A program made the translations under genes and the position numbers. A DNA stretch of 64,000 nt from positions 1,798,001-1,862,000 of the forward strand of contig CM039002.1 of the NCBI GenBank assembly GCA_017499595.2, written 5' to 3'. Shown in pieces: positions 26,175 to 39,705 of this stretch (its first letter is position 1; each line of letters starts with the position of its first letter). The notes under the pieces are model-generated. The model searched no databases. It had not been told where the DNA came from and saw only the letters and a program-made list of their open reading frames with translations. This DNA is from Psilocybe cubensis. Taxonomy: Eukaryota.

Positions 26175-27284
26175 CTAAAAATTTTTCTTTTCCTCATCTT
26201 TCTGCTCCTTGCCTTCCAAGATTAATTTCCCAAAGTAGTTAGCCAGTTCTTCATGGGTCATAGCATTGATGTTAACTGATGACCTGCAGTTTACAGCCTT
26301 ATGACCAGGCTTTCTGCACTTGAAGCAAACAATTGGCCTAACTGACTTCCATCCAGAGTCAACCTCCATGGGAACTACATCTGGTTGCTTTGCCTGAGCA
26401 CCAAAGGTCCTTGAGCTGCTGTTGGAAAAGACTGGAGGATTTGGAGTAGGCTTAGGAACAGCCTTGGGAGTTGGGGCTTTAAGAAAGGGAGAAGATGAGG
26501 AGGAGGAAAGAGACTTGGTAAAGGCCTCACTCTATCTCTACTGCCTATCTAGCCTAGTACTCCATTTAATCCATCCATCCAAGGTTTTGGGCATGTCAGG
26601 AACATAGTAAACTGCATTCCTGAGATTTTCATTGAGCCCAGCCTTGAATTGGTCTACCAAAGCAGCATCATTATACCCAGTATCTGAGATCAGAGCCCTG
26701 AAGCTAGCAACATACTCATCAGCAGTCTGTCTGCCTTGCTTGAGCATGTGCATTTTATGCTTAGCTGTGTTGGAGGGGTCTGGATCTGCAAACACTTCCC
26801 TAAATTCATAAACAAAGTCAGCCCAAAGACCTTCTTGGGACTGAGCATTGTCTATTACTTTAGTCTTCTCATATGCCCACTTCCCAGCAGTACCTCCTTT
26901 CATATGAGATAGAGCACAAATAACTTTCTGAAAGTCATCTGTAATCCCTTTCCCATAGAAATATAATTTGAGCTGACTGAGGAAGTTTTCTGCCTTCTCC
27001 ATAGAACCATCAAATGGATCTGGAGGTGAGACTTTAATGACAGAGTGTGAACAGGAAGGGGCAACATGAGGGGTAGGGAAAGAGTGAATATCTAGAGCAG
27101 CAGGTGGTGGTGGTGGTGGTGATGATGGTGACTGACTGACTGGTTGCTGAGGGTGTGGTAGAGTGGATGATGACTGCTGCTGCTGTCTAAGAAAATTCAA
27201 CTCTTGGGTAAGGAGCTGGACCTGATGCATGAGCTCTTCCACAGAAGGAGTGGTGGGAGGCAATTGGGAGGGGTCCATGTCCAT
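26175..27284 (-). pseudogene. gag: gypsy Gag with two in-frame stops (TGG>TAG, CAG>TAG near 26532-26540)
   Basis: Colinear with the intact gag at 39706-40815; CFKCRKPGHKAVNC knuckle. Confidence 0.92.
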
Positions 27285-28792
27285 GGGTAGGGGTAGGTAG
27301 GCTCTCTGATGTGTGTGTGGGAGAAGCTATCTACTAAAAGTGCCCTTGAAACTATACTAAGTATTCTAAAAAAAATATCTATCTACTGGATACCCAGTTG
27401 TCACACCACTCAGGGCTCTAAACCTAGGATCACAGGGTTACTGGATATTTCCTAGACCACCAAAAACAGAACACTAGTAGGACTGTGTCTGCCCCAACAG
27501 TTGGTATCCCTATCTACTAAGTTCACACACAGCACACAACAGAGAGTAGGAAAGATGATGAGCCAAAGGTCTTGAGGAAAGGTCTTGAGGAGGATGTTGA
27601 AGATTGGTGGAGATGTAGAGGTTGGTAAGAAGATTGGTGAAGAGGTTGATGAAGAGGTTGGTGGGTTGGAAGTGGGGGAAGAAGGTTGAGGTAATGGTGT
27701 TGAAGAGGTTGAAGAGGTGAAGAGTTTGGTGTTGAAAGAGAGATGGTGGAGTTGTCTTGAGAGAGCTTCAATCTTCTGTCAGGGCAACACTATAATCAGT
27801 GTGACAAGGCCACCAACAAAGATTAAGCAAGAGAGAGAGAGAGAGAGCAGAGAGAGAGTAAGAGAGCAAAGAGAGAATAAAAGAGTGAGAGAGATTCAAT
27901 GGTTCTAAGAGATCACACCAATGATAGTGGATATCCTAAGAGATTGAAGCTGAAGCTACAGCTACCTACAAGTCCAGTATTTATACTCTACAGCTATTCT
28001 AGAATATTCCCTACATTACATCATAAAGGAAGGTTAAAGAATAAAAGTGACATCATATAGAAAAAGGATGAGTAAGACTAGGAATCATATAGAATTTACT
28101 AGAAAGAAGTGGAGCAAGAAGGCTGTGATAAAAGAAATAAACTATCTAATCAGATAATTGATAAGATAATGAAAGGATAAGATAATTCTGTGAAGATAAA
28201 GAGGGGAAACTGGAGAAACCCTGACAAGCACCATGGACAAATGAAGCATTTTGATTTGCGCTATTATTGGCTTAAGAATGCTGTTGGTGCTATTTTTTTT
28301 TTTTTTTTTTTTTAATCAACAATTTATATACCAGTGCGCGATAGCAGTCCGGTCTTCCGTCAGTGCAAATGCGGTAGCTACTAAAAGACTGTTTGCCTAA
28401 GCTACCAAGAGACCGTTCGAAACCAGCGACTAAGTAATCAAGAAAATTGGGCCAAGAAGGAAAATTGGGAGTATGTGATGTCAACCGCCTGCTGCCAAAG
28501 GCGACGGGCACCTCTCACAAAATAGGGAGCGCAGCCAATGCCACACGCCTGGGGTAGGATGCCTGGCATAGGCCAGGGCGTTCCGAATGGTCCAAAAGGA
28601 ACAGATGGGCCAGTGGTACTGACTCTCCCTGGTTCATTGCATAATCCATGCTGTCAATAACGCGAGCCAGGTCCTGCGGGGAGGCATAGCCAAAGCCAGC
28701 AGCTGCAGCGAACCGCAATTCCACACACAAATACACCACGAGCCTAGCAGGTGATTTGCCCTTACTAACCCACCCATCCCTATAGAACATAA

Positions 28793-31298
28793 TCACCCAA
28801 CCCCTCTTGGGACCAAGTGGAAGGCGAACGCCTTGGGGTTCGCCAGCAGGAAACCAATCAAGTACGCAATAGTTGTGGGTGCGCGTAACTCGCAGGACAT
28901 TGGGGGGCAGTATATCTTACCACACCTAAAGATGTGAGAGCGTATCTCCCAAGAAGACCCACATGGGCAGGAGGTATCCTCCTGTATGTTAAACCGGTCG
29001 TAGTATGAGCCAATGGGCGCATGATTCAGTATATACCTGCACAAGCGCGCGTACAGTTGGGAGCCGTACGACATAGAAGACAGCCAGGCAGACTTGTCCT
29101 TACTATCTGGTAGGATTGGCTTTCCATCTAAGCCGTCAAGCACAAGAAAATTGCGCCCGCAATATCCGGCGCTCTGAAAGAGGCTATTCCAGAGGTCCGA
29201 GCGACAAATGACGGCCTCCCAACGGAGGCTGTCGTATGATGTCATTGGGTTGTGGCCCAAAGGAGCTTGCAACTCGGTGGCATAATTGTATGCCATGCCA
29301 TGTACACCCCACTTCCAACGGAAGGGGATGTACACAAACGTGATTTGCGAGAGTGGTTTATCCTCAAACCACCTCTCAAGTGTCTGGCAGACAGTGACGG
29401 AATGCCCCTGTCCGGAGTGAATGGAAGGATCCACCGCCCGCCTGGCCAATGCCATTGAGTCGGTGAAGACATAGAATTGCTCGCAATTGTTGTTGGACAA
29501 TGCCAAGACAACTGTGTGACAAATGGCCATAAATTCTGCATCAGGGGCAAGAACACGGCCGGCGGCCCACCGAGATCGATTGACCTTGTCATGGCCGCGG
29601 AAAAGAACGACAGAGGTGATAGCCTGGTGCCGTCCAGTCAGGGGCAGACTGGAATCTGTCCCTGCATAATACTAACCCTCCCAACCCATCTGAAGTTGAA
29701 TCATTAGGTTGTCGAGGTGAGTGCGGCGCTTGGGCTCAGACTCGGGGTCACCAAGGTCCAAGGACCAGTCGTCAAAGTGGACCCTATCCCTAAAGTGGTC
29801 TAGGAGTTGGTAGCCCGGCCGTGAGGACGGGTTCATGGGGAGTATAACCTTCTTCATGGTGAATAGAGCCGTGTCAGCTTCAGCAAGCGTGCCACGGGTT
29901 TTGGCGTACACTGTCAGGTCGTCAAGCGACATGGGGTGGGGTTCGGCATTGCCGTGATTGCTACCAGAAAGGAAAGCCCGGACTGGATGGGTAGCGGTGA
30001 GAGTGGACAGATGTATATTCACCCACTCCGAAAGACACCGCAGGAGAAGGTAGATTGGAGGAAGCCCTGCAAGGGCTTCAACCCCGCCAGAGGGAAAGGT
30101 GCAAAAGGCGCCAGTAATCTAGAGAGCAGCTTGGCGCTGCATAGAAGCGAGGTAGTGAAGGGCCCTCTTACAGCGGGCGGCCTTGAAGAACCACAGACAA
30201 TAGCCATACGTAACAATGGGAAGCACACATGCATGGTAGAGCATCCTTTTGTGTTCAGGAGAGAAGCCGCGAGTGGAGGACCCAAGCATCTTCATCGCCT
30301 TGATGGTGGAGAGTGCCTGGGTGGAGTAGAACCGGACGTGCTTTGTAAAAAGCAGCTTACGGTCAAAGAAGAAGCCCAGGTACCGCCAAAATGGCTTGGG
30401 CTTGAAAGGAGTGGCACTGGTGTAGGGGGCAAACCCTAGATCAATGGACGGATTCTCCTTGGAGTGTGACCGGTTGAAGTGAAAGACCTCAGACTTGTCG
30501 TGCGTGAGGGCGAGACCAAACTTTGTAAAAAGGTCAAAGATGACAGCGTAGGCACGCCGGAGCGTCTCTACGTTGGTGCGAAGGGAGGCCGACTGCATCA
30601 CTAGGGTGCCATCGTCGACGTACAATAACAAGAAGCACCCTCTGGTGCGGGGGTCCATCTCAAATAGCCTCATGATGAAGACCAGGTATAGGGTGGAAAG
30701 GACAGGCAAGAGAGCAGAGCCCTGGCCCACCCCAACATCCGCCTGACAAAGAGGAGAGACGAACTCGCCCCACGCGTACTGTGTGAAGCGACCAACCAGA
30801 TAGCTAGCAAAAAACACAATGAGGTTATCACTGAATCCCAGCTTGCGCATAACAGCCAGAAGGACTTCATGGTTGAGAGATGGGAAGAACTGAGCGACGT
30901 CAAAAGCGACGACACTAGTCTTGAGTCCCTTGGCCTACCCTGCGCGCACCATATGCGTCAAGATGAGCACGGCATCTTCAGTGGACCGCTGCCTGATCCC
31001 GCCAATCTGATTAGGATGGAAGACATCGGAGGCAATGCCATCAAACTGGATGCAATTGGAGAGCATCTTTTCAATCAGTTTGCCAATCGTGTTGAGCAAC
31101 ACGATAGGCCTAAAGGCCTTTGGCGCGGAATAGGATGGCTTGTTTGGTTTCGGAATGATAACCGACAGGCTCTTCTTGAAGTGCTTTGGCCAGTGCCCAA
31201 CAGAGAGGCAGGCGTTGGCCAAGCAAAGGAAGATGTGCCTGGCCGGGGAATGTCTCTTGACCAAGGCCTTGAGATGAGACCATTTAACATGGTCCGGC
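28793..31298 (-). pseudogene. LINE ORF2 remnant (RT, RNase H, C-terminal Cys/His motif); endonuclease missing
   Basis: FRPIVLLNTIGK, GVGQGS, YVDD, YLGFFFD, VFTDS and CPCG...SHIFRC spread over frameshifted ORFs. Confidence 0.9.
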
Positions 31299-34200
31299 CA
31301 CTAGTAGCTGCCACTTAAATCAATCATAACATGCTGAATGCCTACATGGCGATGTGCATTTTCACCACATTTTAATGATATGAAATCATGGATTATTGCT
31401 GTAAGTTATAGCTAAATGGTATATCTTTCAATACTGTAACACAGCTAAGTAATTGCAAATCATTAAAAGGCTTGTAATCTACAGTAATTTGTCAATAAGA
31501 TATCATAAAGTTGCTTGTAAGCTACCATATTCTGGAATTAGATCATTAAGATCATTGTAAATTACAGAAGAGTAGTAAATATTATATGATATCATTACTT
31601 GTAAGCTACCATACCCTAAAGAAAAATCATTAGGGTCACTGTAGTCTATAGAAATGCAATAAATGCTAGATCATATCATTCCTTGTAGGTTACCATATGA
31701 TGGAATGAGATTATTCATTCCTTTCTGATTAGATATAAGCATGTATCTTATCTGTGCTTGGTCATTTGTAATATGATGCCATCAATTCAGGAACCCTGGC
31801 TAATTCTGGATCATGCCATCAGCTCTATCAAAACTATTATTAAATAGACATTCTGATCTTGGCCCCTGGGTCTATAAATAATGCTCATCCTATGCTATTT
31901 TTGTGCATTGCTGGCAATGCATTGGGCGCTTTTGGGGGCATTTATAGACCGTTTTCCTTGGTTCTTTTTAGTAGACCTATAGTTTTAAGGTGTCCCAATT
32001 TGAATCTGAAATCAGAATTGCAATATCTGTACTCATTATTGCACAATTAAGTGTACAATGTTTTGGTCAAAAAGTGCACCTTGAATAGCACCCTCCAGGG
32101 GTTGGTATGCACCCTTCTGACTATGCCATTATTTTTTCTCTATATTAGACAGAGTACATGCCAAGTTTCAGCTTAATTGGAGCAGTGGAACCTATTGAAC
32201 TAGAATGTGCACCCTACCCCTCCTCCTACCCCTTGTATAAATGCCTTTCTGATTAGATAAATTTAGGCCCAACTGGGGCTGGGTAGGCGCCCATTATAAC
32301 AATTTTTAGAGCCCTTAATCTTAATCAAATTCCAAGATTGGATGGTACCATTCCCCATCCTTCCCAGATTTTGTGTATTTTATTATAGCATAGGATGGGC
32401 CTTCAGACCATTAATAAACATGTAAATTTAACACTAAGAGTACATAGAGTTCAAAACCTGTCCTTGAACACCCTCTGTAGCAAGGGAACATACTGATTAA
32501 AGGGGGGGTATGAGGAGAGGTATGGTAGGTTATTGATCAGGCCATATCTCTACAAATACTTTGTCATAAATCATGTTCTTGACGTCTACAGATACCTATA
32601 GATGCCTCCTAAATATCATTTTCAGTGCCTAAAAAGATCCATCCATTAGATGAGACACTGCAGAGAGAATACCAATCTTCATCAAAATGCACAGTATTTT
32701 TGCATTTACTATATATAAACATTCAAGATCAGGAAATATAAAAGCAGGATAGTATAGCCCCAAAATGTAGCTTTCCAGAACATCAAGGATGTTGTGCATC
32801 GGACCAGTGGGTGTTGAGATATGGAAAGAAAGGTGTTGAAGAACCCATCAGAGACCCTAATGGATATTGGCCTTTATTTATGCTTTGTTTGTGGTCACCT
32901 CTTTGGCCTTTCTCCGAGATACATTTTGACATATCTCAGCTCATACTCATCGGATTTCTATGAGGCTATATACCACAGATAGGTATCATTTAGGGCTACA
33001 CAGCCGTATAGTTTATGTATTTTATAACTGTTATCTTTCACATCATCTTTTGCTTTTCCTCCATTTTTGAACAATAATGCTTATTCTTCCTGTACCATCT
33101 TGTTAAGCATTCTGGACATTTTGCAGCATCAATATAATATGTAGAGAACCTTAGTAGCTATCTGGAAATGTAAGGTATGTGCATTTTGGTGAAATATAAG
33201 CGGTGATATGGTTATATTATGTTGCACATCCAATACCTTCTTATTAGCCTCATAACCAAGGTATTCCCCTTCATTCTGAATGTTTCAAAGATATGTATTG
33301 TGTCTGTGGTACTATATAGAGCAGATTTACATATCTATATGTGCTGGAAATAGCCATTCTATCCCATAATAAAATACACAAAATCTGGGAAGGATGGGGA
33401 ATGGTACCATCCAATCTTGGAATTTGATTAAGATTAAGGGCTCTAAAAATTGTTATAATGGGCGCCTACCCAGCCCCAGTTGGGCCTAAATTTATCTAAT
33501 CAGAAAGGCATTTATACAAGGGGTAGGAGGAGGGGTAGGGTGCACATTCTAGTTCAATAGGTTCCACTGCTCCAATTAAGCTGAAACTTGGCATGTACTC
33601 TGTCTAATATAAAGAAAAAATAATGGCATAGTCAGAAGGGTGCATACCAACCCCTGGAGGGTGCTATTCAAGGTGCACTTTTTGACCAAAACATTGTACG
33701 CTTAATTGCGCAATAATGAGTACAGATATTGCAATTCTGATTTCAGATTCAAATTGGGACACCTTAAAACTATAGGTCTACTAAAAAGAACCAAGGAAAA
33801 CGGTCTATAAATGCCCCCAAAAGCGCCCAATGCATTGCCAGCAATGCACAAAAATAGCATAGGATGAGCATTATTTATAGACCCAGGGGCCAAGATCAGA
33901 ATGTCTATTTAATAATAGTTTTGATAGAGCTGATGGCATGATCCAGAATTAGCCAGGGTTCCTGAATTGATGGCATCATATTACAAATGACCAAGCACAG
34001 ATAAGATACATGCTTATATCTAATCAGAAAGGAATGAATAATCTCATTCCATCATATGGTAACCTACAAGGAATGATATGATCTAGCATTTATTGCATTT
34101 CTATAGACTACAGTGACCCTAATGATTTTTCTTTAGGGTATGGTAGCTTACAAGTAATGATATCATATAATATTTACTACTCTTCTGTAATTTACAATGA

Positions 34201-34441
34201 TCTTAATGATCTGATTCCAGAATATGGTAGCTTACAAGCAACTTTATGATATCTTATTGACAAATTACTGTAGATTACAAGCCTTTTAATGATTTGCAAT
34301 TACTTAGCTGTGTTACAGTATTGAAAGATATACCATTTAGCTATAACTTACAGCAATAATCCATGATTTCATATCATTAAAATGTGGTGAAAATGCACAT
34401 CGCCATGTAGGCACTCACCATACTGTAGAATATAAGTGGCA
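31299..34441. mobile_element. Non-autonomous foldback element with a CACTA-type terminus and ~1.05-kb inverted arms (31339-32386 and 33366-34413)
   Basis: Starts CACTAGTAGCTGCCAC; arms are near-perfect reverse complements; ~83-bp-spaced subterminal repeats (cttgtaagctaccata); ~980-bp non-coding core; right terminus truncated at gtggca. Confidence 0.85.
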
Positions 34442-36151
34442 CACACCAGTCATGGTGCTCCTCTTCCCTGTGTGGGCCGGAGCAGCAAGGGCACTTGACA
34501 GCAGGCACCCTACACCTGATCAGAGAGTGGCCCCACCTCCAGCACCTAGTGCAGAGGGGGACGCCCTGAGACTTGTTGGCGGCATGAATGAACAAAGAGT
34601 GACCCCTGAACATAATCTGCCAGTCAACAAGCTGCTTGGCCCGGGTACCGTTGGCGGTATCCCAGATGTCAAAGTAAGCCACAGCAGTAGTGCTATGCCT
34701 AGAGTTGCGGACCACGCGCGGCAAGCCGGACATGGAATAGAGGTTAGACCAGAGGGGAGAGGCCGTAATGGCCTGCGCCACCTCTTTGCTAGTAGTGCGG
34801 TCCTTGGGGAATGTGCCCGAGGCCTTGAAGTATGGGACGTCCATGACCCTAAAATAGGACTTGGATGTCGGCGGGCCAACCCAGGGAACGCAGTCGTGAT
34901 TCCCCTCAAAATGCGGAACAATGAGGCCACAAATAATATTCGTGTCCTGCTTGCTCGGGACGACGTCAGTCGCAATGGCAAGGCCGCCATATGCACTCTG
35001 GACGGATAGAACCTTTGATCTAAGACCAAGGCGTAGACCCTCGCTTCCGAGAAAATGGAAGACAGCGGGTATGTCGACGTTGACAAGGGTCTTGCCAAAG
35101 TCAACGAGAAGCTAACGGCGAGACGGGCCGTGAGCAGTGAAAGCAGGTGCGCTCTTTCTAGGGCGGGCTGGGGGGGAACACGTAGCGGTGGGCTGTTGCA
35201 GTACAGAGATGGCTGCCTGCCTTGCAACACTGGCAAAGGTGCGGCGAGGCTTGGAGTGAAGAGGGATCAGGGGGGGCCGACCGGGGGAGGTTGCTGGAAT
35301 GGCACCAAGCGGCGCTTGGGCTGTTTGCGCGGCTGGGGGTGAACTGGAGCAGGATCAGGGGGCTGAGAGCCAGCCCTGCCTTTGTCTTTGTCCTGCTTAG
35401 ATGCAGCCGGGGTCCTTGTCATGCAAGATCTTGCACGAGAGGGCCCTGCTGGGCACATGGTAACATCCCCCGTCCTAGCCTCTGCCCTGAAAGCTCAGGG
35501 AGTGCTGGTCGGAGGAAGGGAGCAAGAGTGACCGGGTGAGAAGGAGGAAGAAACCTTCCGACCCCTGATCGTGTCATCCAATCCAGTGAACAATGCAGCT
35601 ACCCTGTCAAGAGCTGGCACGGTGTCTGCGTCTGAGTGGTGGCCAAAGAGGCCAGTGTAAGCAGTCCTCGTCATCTCGACGAGGGAGGATGAGATCTCTC
35701 TCTTGATCTCGGAAGAAAGTGTCTTGCCACTACCCCGTTGGCCCATCCACCGGTTGATAGTGTCGAGTGCGTCCCTGACCCTCCATGCATCGCTGTCCTC
35801 TTTGCCCATATTGTAGCTAAGGGCGAGGGGTACGGGGGTAGTATCTTCTTTGTTGTTGGACTGAGGAGGGGCACTCTGTCCGGCGGGGAAGGGGGTTTGC
35901 TCCCTGGTTGCTACTCCAGGGGTGCGCGTGCAAGAGCTCGCTGCTGAGCCTGATTGGGAGCGATCAGAGTGGGTGCTCCTACCCCAAGGCATGTCGGGGA
36001 TGGGGCCGGTGGCGTAGCAATCCCTAACAGAGGGAGCGCTTGTGGTGGGGGCAGGCGATGGGGCCTGCGATGGCTGCTGCTGAGCTGCAACAAGGTTGGC
36101 GACCGTGCAAAACGGCGACGGCGCTCTGCGTGGAGTTGCTTTAGGTGGCAT
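34442..36151 (-). pseudogene. LINE ORF1 (gag-like, zinc knuckles), disrupted
   Basis: CTRCWRWGHSLIRC and CPCCSGPH motifs; Pro-rich N-terminus starting MPPKATP. Confidence 0.85.
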
Positions 36152-36900
36152 ACAAAGAAAGCCTTTGAGGAATGCCTGGAGTTGTTTTGCTGAGTCCTAA
36201 GACCCAGTAGTTGTTGTGTAGAACGATGAAGATGATGTTGAGAGTAATTCCCACGGTGACTACATGGCAGTAACAGATCAAGAAGCGATGTTGCTGTTGG
36301 TGCTAGAAAGGCCTTTATTTCTTACATTCACACTGATTACCAAGCTGCTGAATTTCTTGCCAAACCTCCTTTACCTCTCAAAATAGAGTTTTGTAGAGAT
36401 AAAATGGGTCTCAAACTAAAATTTTTCTTCCTTTAACTTGCTTTATTGTTTTTGTTCTGGAGACTTGTTAGAACACAGAAAAGTGTTAAAACTGCTCTTC
36501 TCTGTGTCTCTCTCACTTTGCTATCTTATCAGATTAGATTACTTTCTTCTTATCTCTATTTGCCCTTCGGACCATTCTAGACACATGATATTTATTAGTC
36601 CATAGACTGGTCTGGACTGGACCAGAGTAGACCTAGGTAGACCAAATTACATGTGTTTACACAGAATATAGTCACTCTAGTTTATACCCTGAAATCTCCA
36701 GTTGCTCACTTCAGACTTCAAGTTAGTTTGTTAGCACTTTGTTCAATTAATTTAATTACTCCCTTTGGACTTCAAACACTTCATGATCACTTATTCCCAT
36801 GCACTACATTGTATAACTAGGTTGCCAAGTAGTTCACATTGCTCCAAGGTTGTCTGCTTTAACATACCCTTGTATTATGGCTCATGTGAGTAACTAACTA

Positions 36901-38505
36901 CAGTGGGCAAAAAAACCATTTGAGTGTTGGTCACGTATGAAAAGATTAATTTATAACTTTGAAATTAAAAATGTTAAAAATATGAGATTATTCACAGATA
37001 TACTATATGGTGTTAGCTAAAGGATGACACACTGATCATGTGATTTGTCTAAGAATTGACCAAACAGCAGCATACACAATTTGCTAAGTCATTCGAACAG
37101 TTTTTTTGCTAGTAATTTAAATGCTATAAACTATGTATTATCACATGACTTTGTTGATATACCAAACAACTATCAATAAAATCATGTGACTACATGTTGA
37201 ATAGGTATATAATAGCTATAACCAACCTCTTTATCCTCCCAATCAAGCATAAAACCCCTCTCTAAAGCAACCATTGCTACTATTGTCTCTCTTCTTACTT
37301 CTGGTCACTCCTATGCCTCTATCAAGGCCCAGACTGGAGCTAGTGCTGGTTCTATCACCAAGATTTGCCAAGACTACTGTCCTGAGGCAGTGGTTTCCCA
37401 TGGAGGACACCCAAAGAAGCTGACTGGTGCCAATATCACCTATACCAAGCATGGAATTTGAACTGGACAAATCAAAAATGCTGTGCAAGCTGCCAAGTCT
37501 CTGGTTACTATTAATGGCCAGAATATCAGTCCTCAAACAGTTAGGAATGCACTCAAATCAACTGGCATGGTCTCAGTGGCAAAACAAAAGAAGCCTTTGT
37601 TATCAAAAAAGCATAGGAGGGCTAGATTGGAGTTTGCAGAAAGGCACTTAGAGTAGACTGTGGATGACTGGGCAAGGGTCTAGTGGTCAGATGAGACCAA
37701 AATCAACAGATTGGGTTCAGATGGCAGAGATCAGGTGTGGATAGACAAGGAAAACAGATAGGACCCCAGGAGGATCAAGCAAACTGTGAAGTTTGGAGGA
37801 GGAAACTTAATGATGTGGGGTTGTATGGGATGAGAAGGAATTGGATTTGCCACTAGAATTGATGGAAAGATGGATGCTCAGTTATACACTGAGATCCTAG
37901 GTAATGAGCTCCTAAAATCCTTGGAGTGGTATGGTCAACAGGTAGAAGATATCCACTTTCAGCAAGACAATGACCCCAAGCACACTTCAAAATTGGCCAA
38001 GAAATGATTTGAAGAGCAGAATTTTAGGGTCCTCATATGGCCTGCACAATCTCCAGATCTCAACCCCATTGAACATCTATGGGAATACCTTAAAAGAAGA
38101 CTTAATGAACATGAAGTCCCACCAAAGGGTATCCATGAACCTTGGAAGAGGGTTGAGAAGGAATGGAATAGAATACCCAAGGAAGTGGTGCAGAATTTGA
38201 TTGCTAGCATGCCTAGAAGGTGTGCAGCAGTGATTAAGGCCAAGGGTGGACATACAAAGTACTAGTAGATATGATTTATTGATACTCAAGTGTTTAGCAA
38301 AAAAACTGTTTGAATGACTTAGCAAACTGTATATGCTCCTATTTGGTCAATTCTTGGAAAAATCACATGATCAATGTGCCATCCTTTAGCTAATACTCTC
38401 TAGTATACCTGTGAATAATCTCATATTTTTAACATTTTTAATTTCAAAGTTATAAATTAATCTTTTCATACGTGACTAACACTCGAACGGTTTTTTTGCC
38501 CACTG
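36901..38505 (+). mobile_element. Tc1/mariner DNA transposon, copy 1, ~200-bp TIRs
   Basis: TA|cagtgggcaaaaaaacc ... ggtttttttgcccactg|TA. Confidence 0.95.
37249..38265 (+). pseudogene. Tc1 DD34E transposase with lost start (ATA) and five in-frame stops
   Basis: WSDETKINR, FQQDNDPKH and [15 protein letters not shown]; 34 residues between the second D and the E. Confidence 0.93.
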
Positions 38506-39705
38506 TAAATGCACAACACCCTTGCTATCCTCCTTGCCATCCCTCCACAGCACCTCCTCCCTCATCTCTGCAATTTCCACCACCACATCTGCAACCCACT
38601 TGCTATCCTGCTTGACTGCTATTATCCTTTCAAGCCTATGTGAAACAATGCTCTAAGCCACAATCTCTGCCAGAAGGAAGTAAAAAAGGATTAGATGCTG
38701 CTTGACAAAACAAGACACTGCCTGGAGGGCTGCCTTGCCTATTGAGTTTGAGAAAGGCACTGTCAGGGTTTCTCCAGTTTCCCCTCTTTATCTTCACAGA
38801 ATTATCTTATCCTTTCATTATCTTATCAATTATCTGATTAGATAGTTTATTTCTTTCATCACAGCCTTCTTGCTCCACTTCTTTCTAGTAAATTCTATAT
38901 CATTCCTAGTCTTACTCATCCTTTTTCTATATGATGTCACTTTTATTCTTTAACCTTCCTTTATGATGTAATGTAGAGAATATTCTAGAATAGCTATAGA
39001 GTATAAATACTGGACTTGTAGGTAGCTGTAGCTTCAGCTTCAATCTCTTAGGATATCCACTATCATTGGTGTGATCTCTTAGAACCATTGAATCTCTCTC
39101 ACTCTCTTATTCTCTCTTTGCTCTCTTACTCTCCCTCTGCTCTCTTTCTCTCTCTCTCTCTTGCTTAATCTTTGTTGGTGGCCTTGTCACACTGATTATA
39201 GTGTTGCCCTGACAGAAGATTGAAGCTCTCTCAAGACAACTCCACCATCTCTCTTTCAACACCAAACTCTTCACCTCTTCAACCTCTTCAACACCATTAC
39301 CTCAACCTTCTTCCTCCACTTCCAACCCATCAACCTCTTCATCAACCTCTTCACCAATCTTCTTACCAATCTCTACATCTCCACCAATCTTCAACATCCT
39401 CCTCAAGACCTTTCCTCAAGACCTTTGGCTCATCATCTTTCCTACTCTCTGTTGTGTGCTGTGTGTGAACTTAGTAGATAGGGATACCAACTGTTGGGGC
39501 AGACACAGTCCTACTAGTGTTCTGTTTTTGGTGGTCTAGGAAATATCCAGTAACCCTGTGATCCTAGGTTTAGAGCCCTGAGTGGTGTGACAACTGGGTA
39601 TCCAGTAGATAGATATTTTTTTAGAATACTTAGTATAGTTTCAAGGGCACTTTCAGTAGATAGCTTCTCCCACACACACATCAGAGAGCCTACCTACCCC
39701 TACCC

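Larger units (their letters stand above)
21847..28226 (-). mobile_element. Chromoviral Ty3/gypsy LTR retrotransposon, copy 1 (LTRs 21847-22296 and 27777-28226)
   Basis: 450-bp LTRs, TSD AGCAC on both sides, inserted in the copia RNase H (KNPEH|HG). Confidence 0.97.
28293..36291 (-). mobile_element. Tad1-like LINE with poly(A) tail; interrupted and internally deleted
   Basis: Poly-T at 28293-28313; 14-bp TSD TGCTGTTGGTGCTA at 28279-28292 and 36292-36305; ORF1 and RT/RNase H remnants. Confidence 0.93.
19490..36864 (+). mobile_element. Older degenerate copia family A element hosting several nested TEs
   Basis: Partial 5' LTR to ~19587 and PBS; gag with stops 19789-20489; RT-RH pieces at 20868-21846, 28227-28292 and 36292-36420; decayed 3' LTR 36484-36864. 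Confidence 0.85.

Noticed and set aside
31859-32050. 63-aa ORF repeated at 33702-33893 and similar at 62807-63022
   Set aside because: Lies in the inverted arms of the foldback element, non-ATG start, no motif; no evidence of coding.
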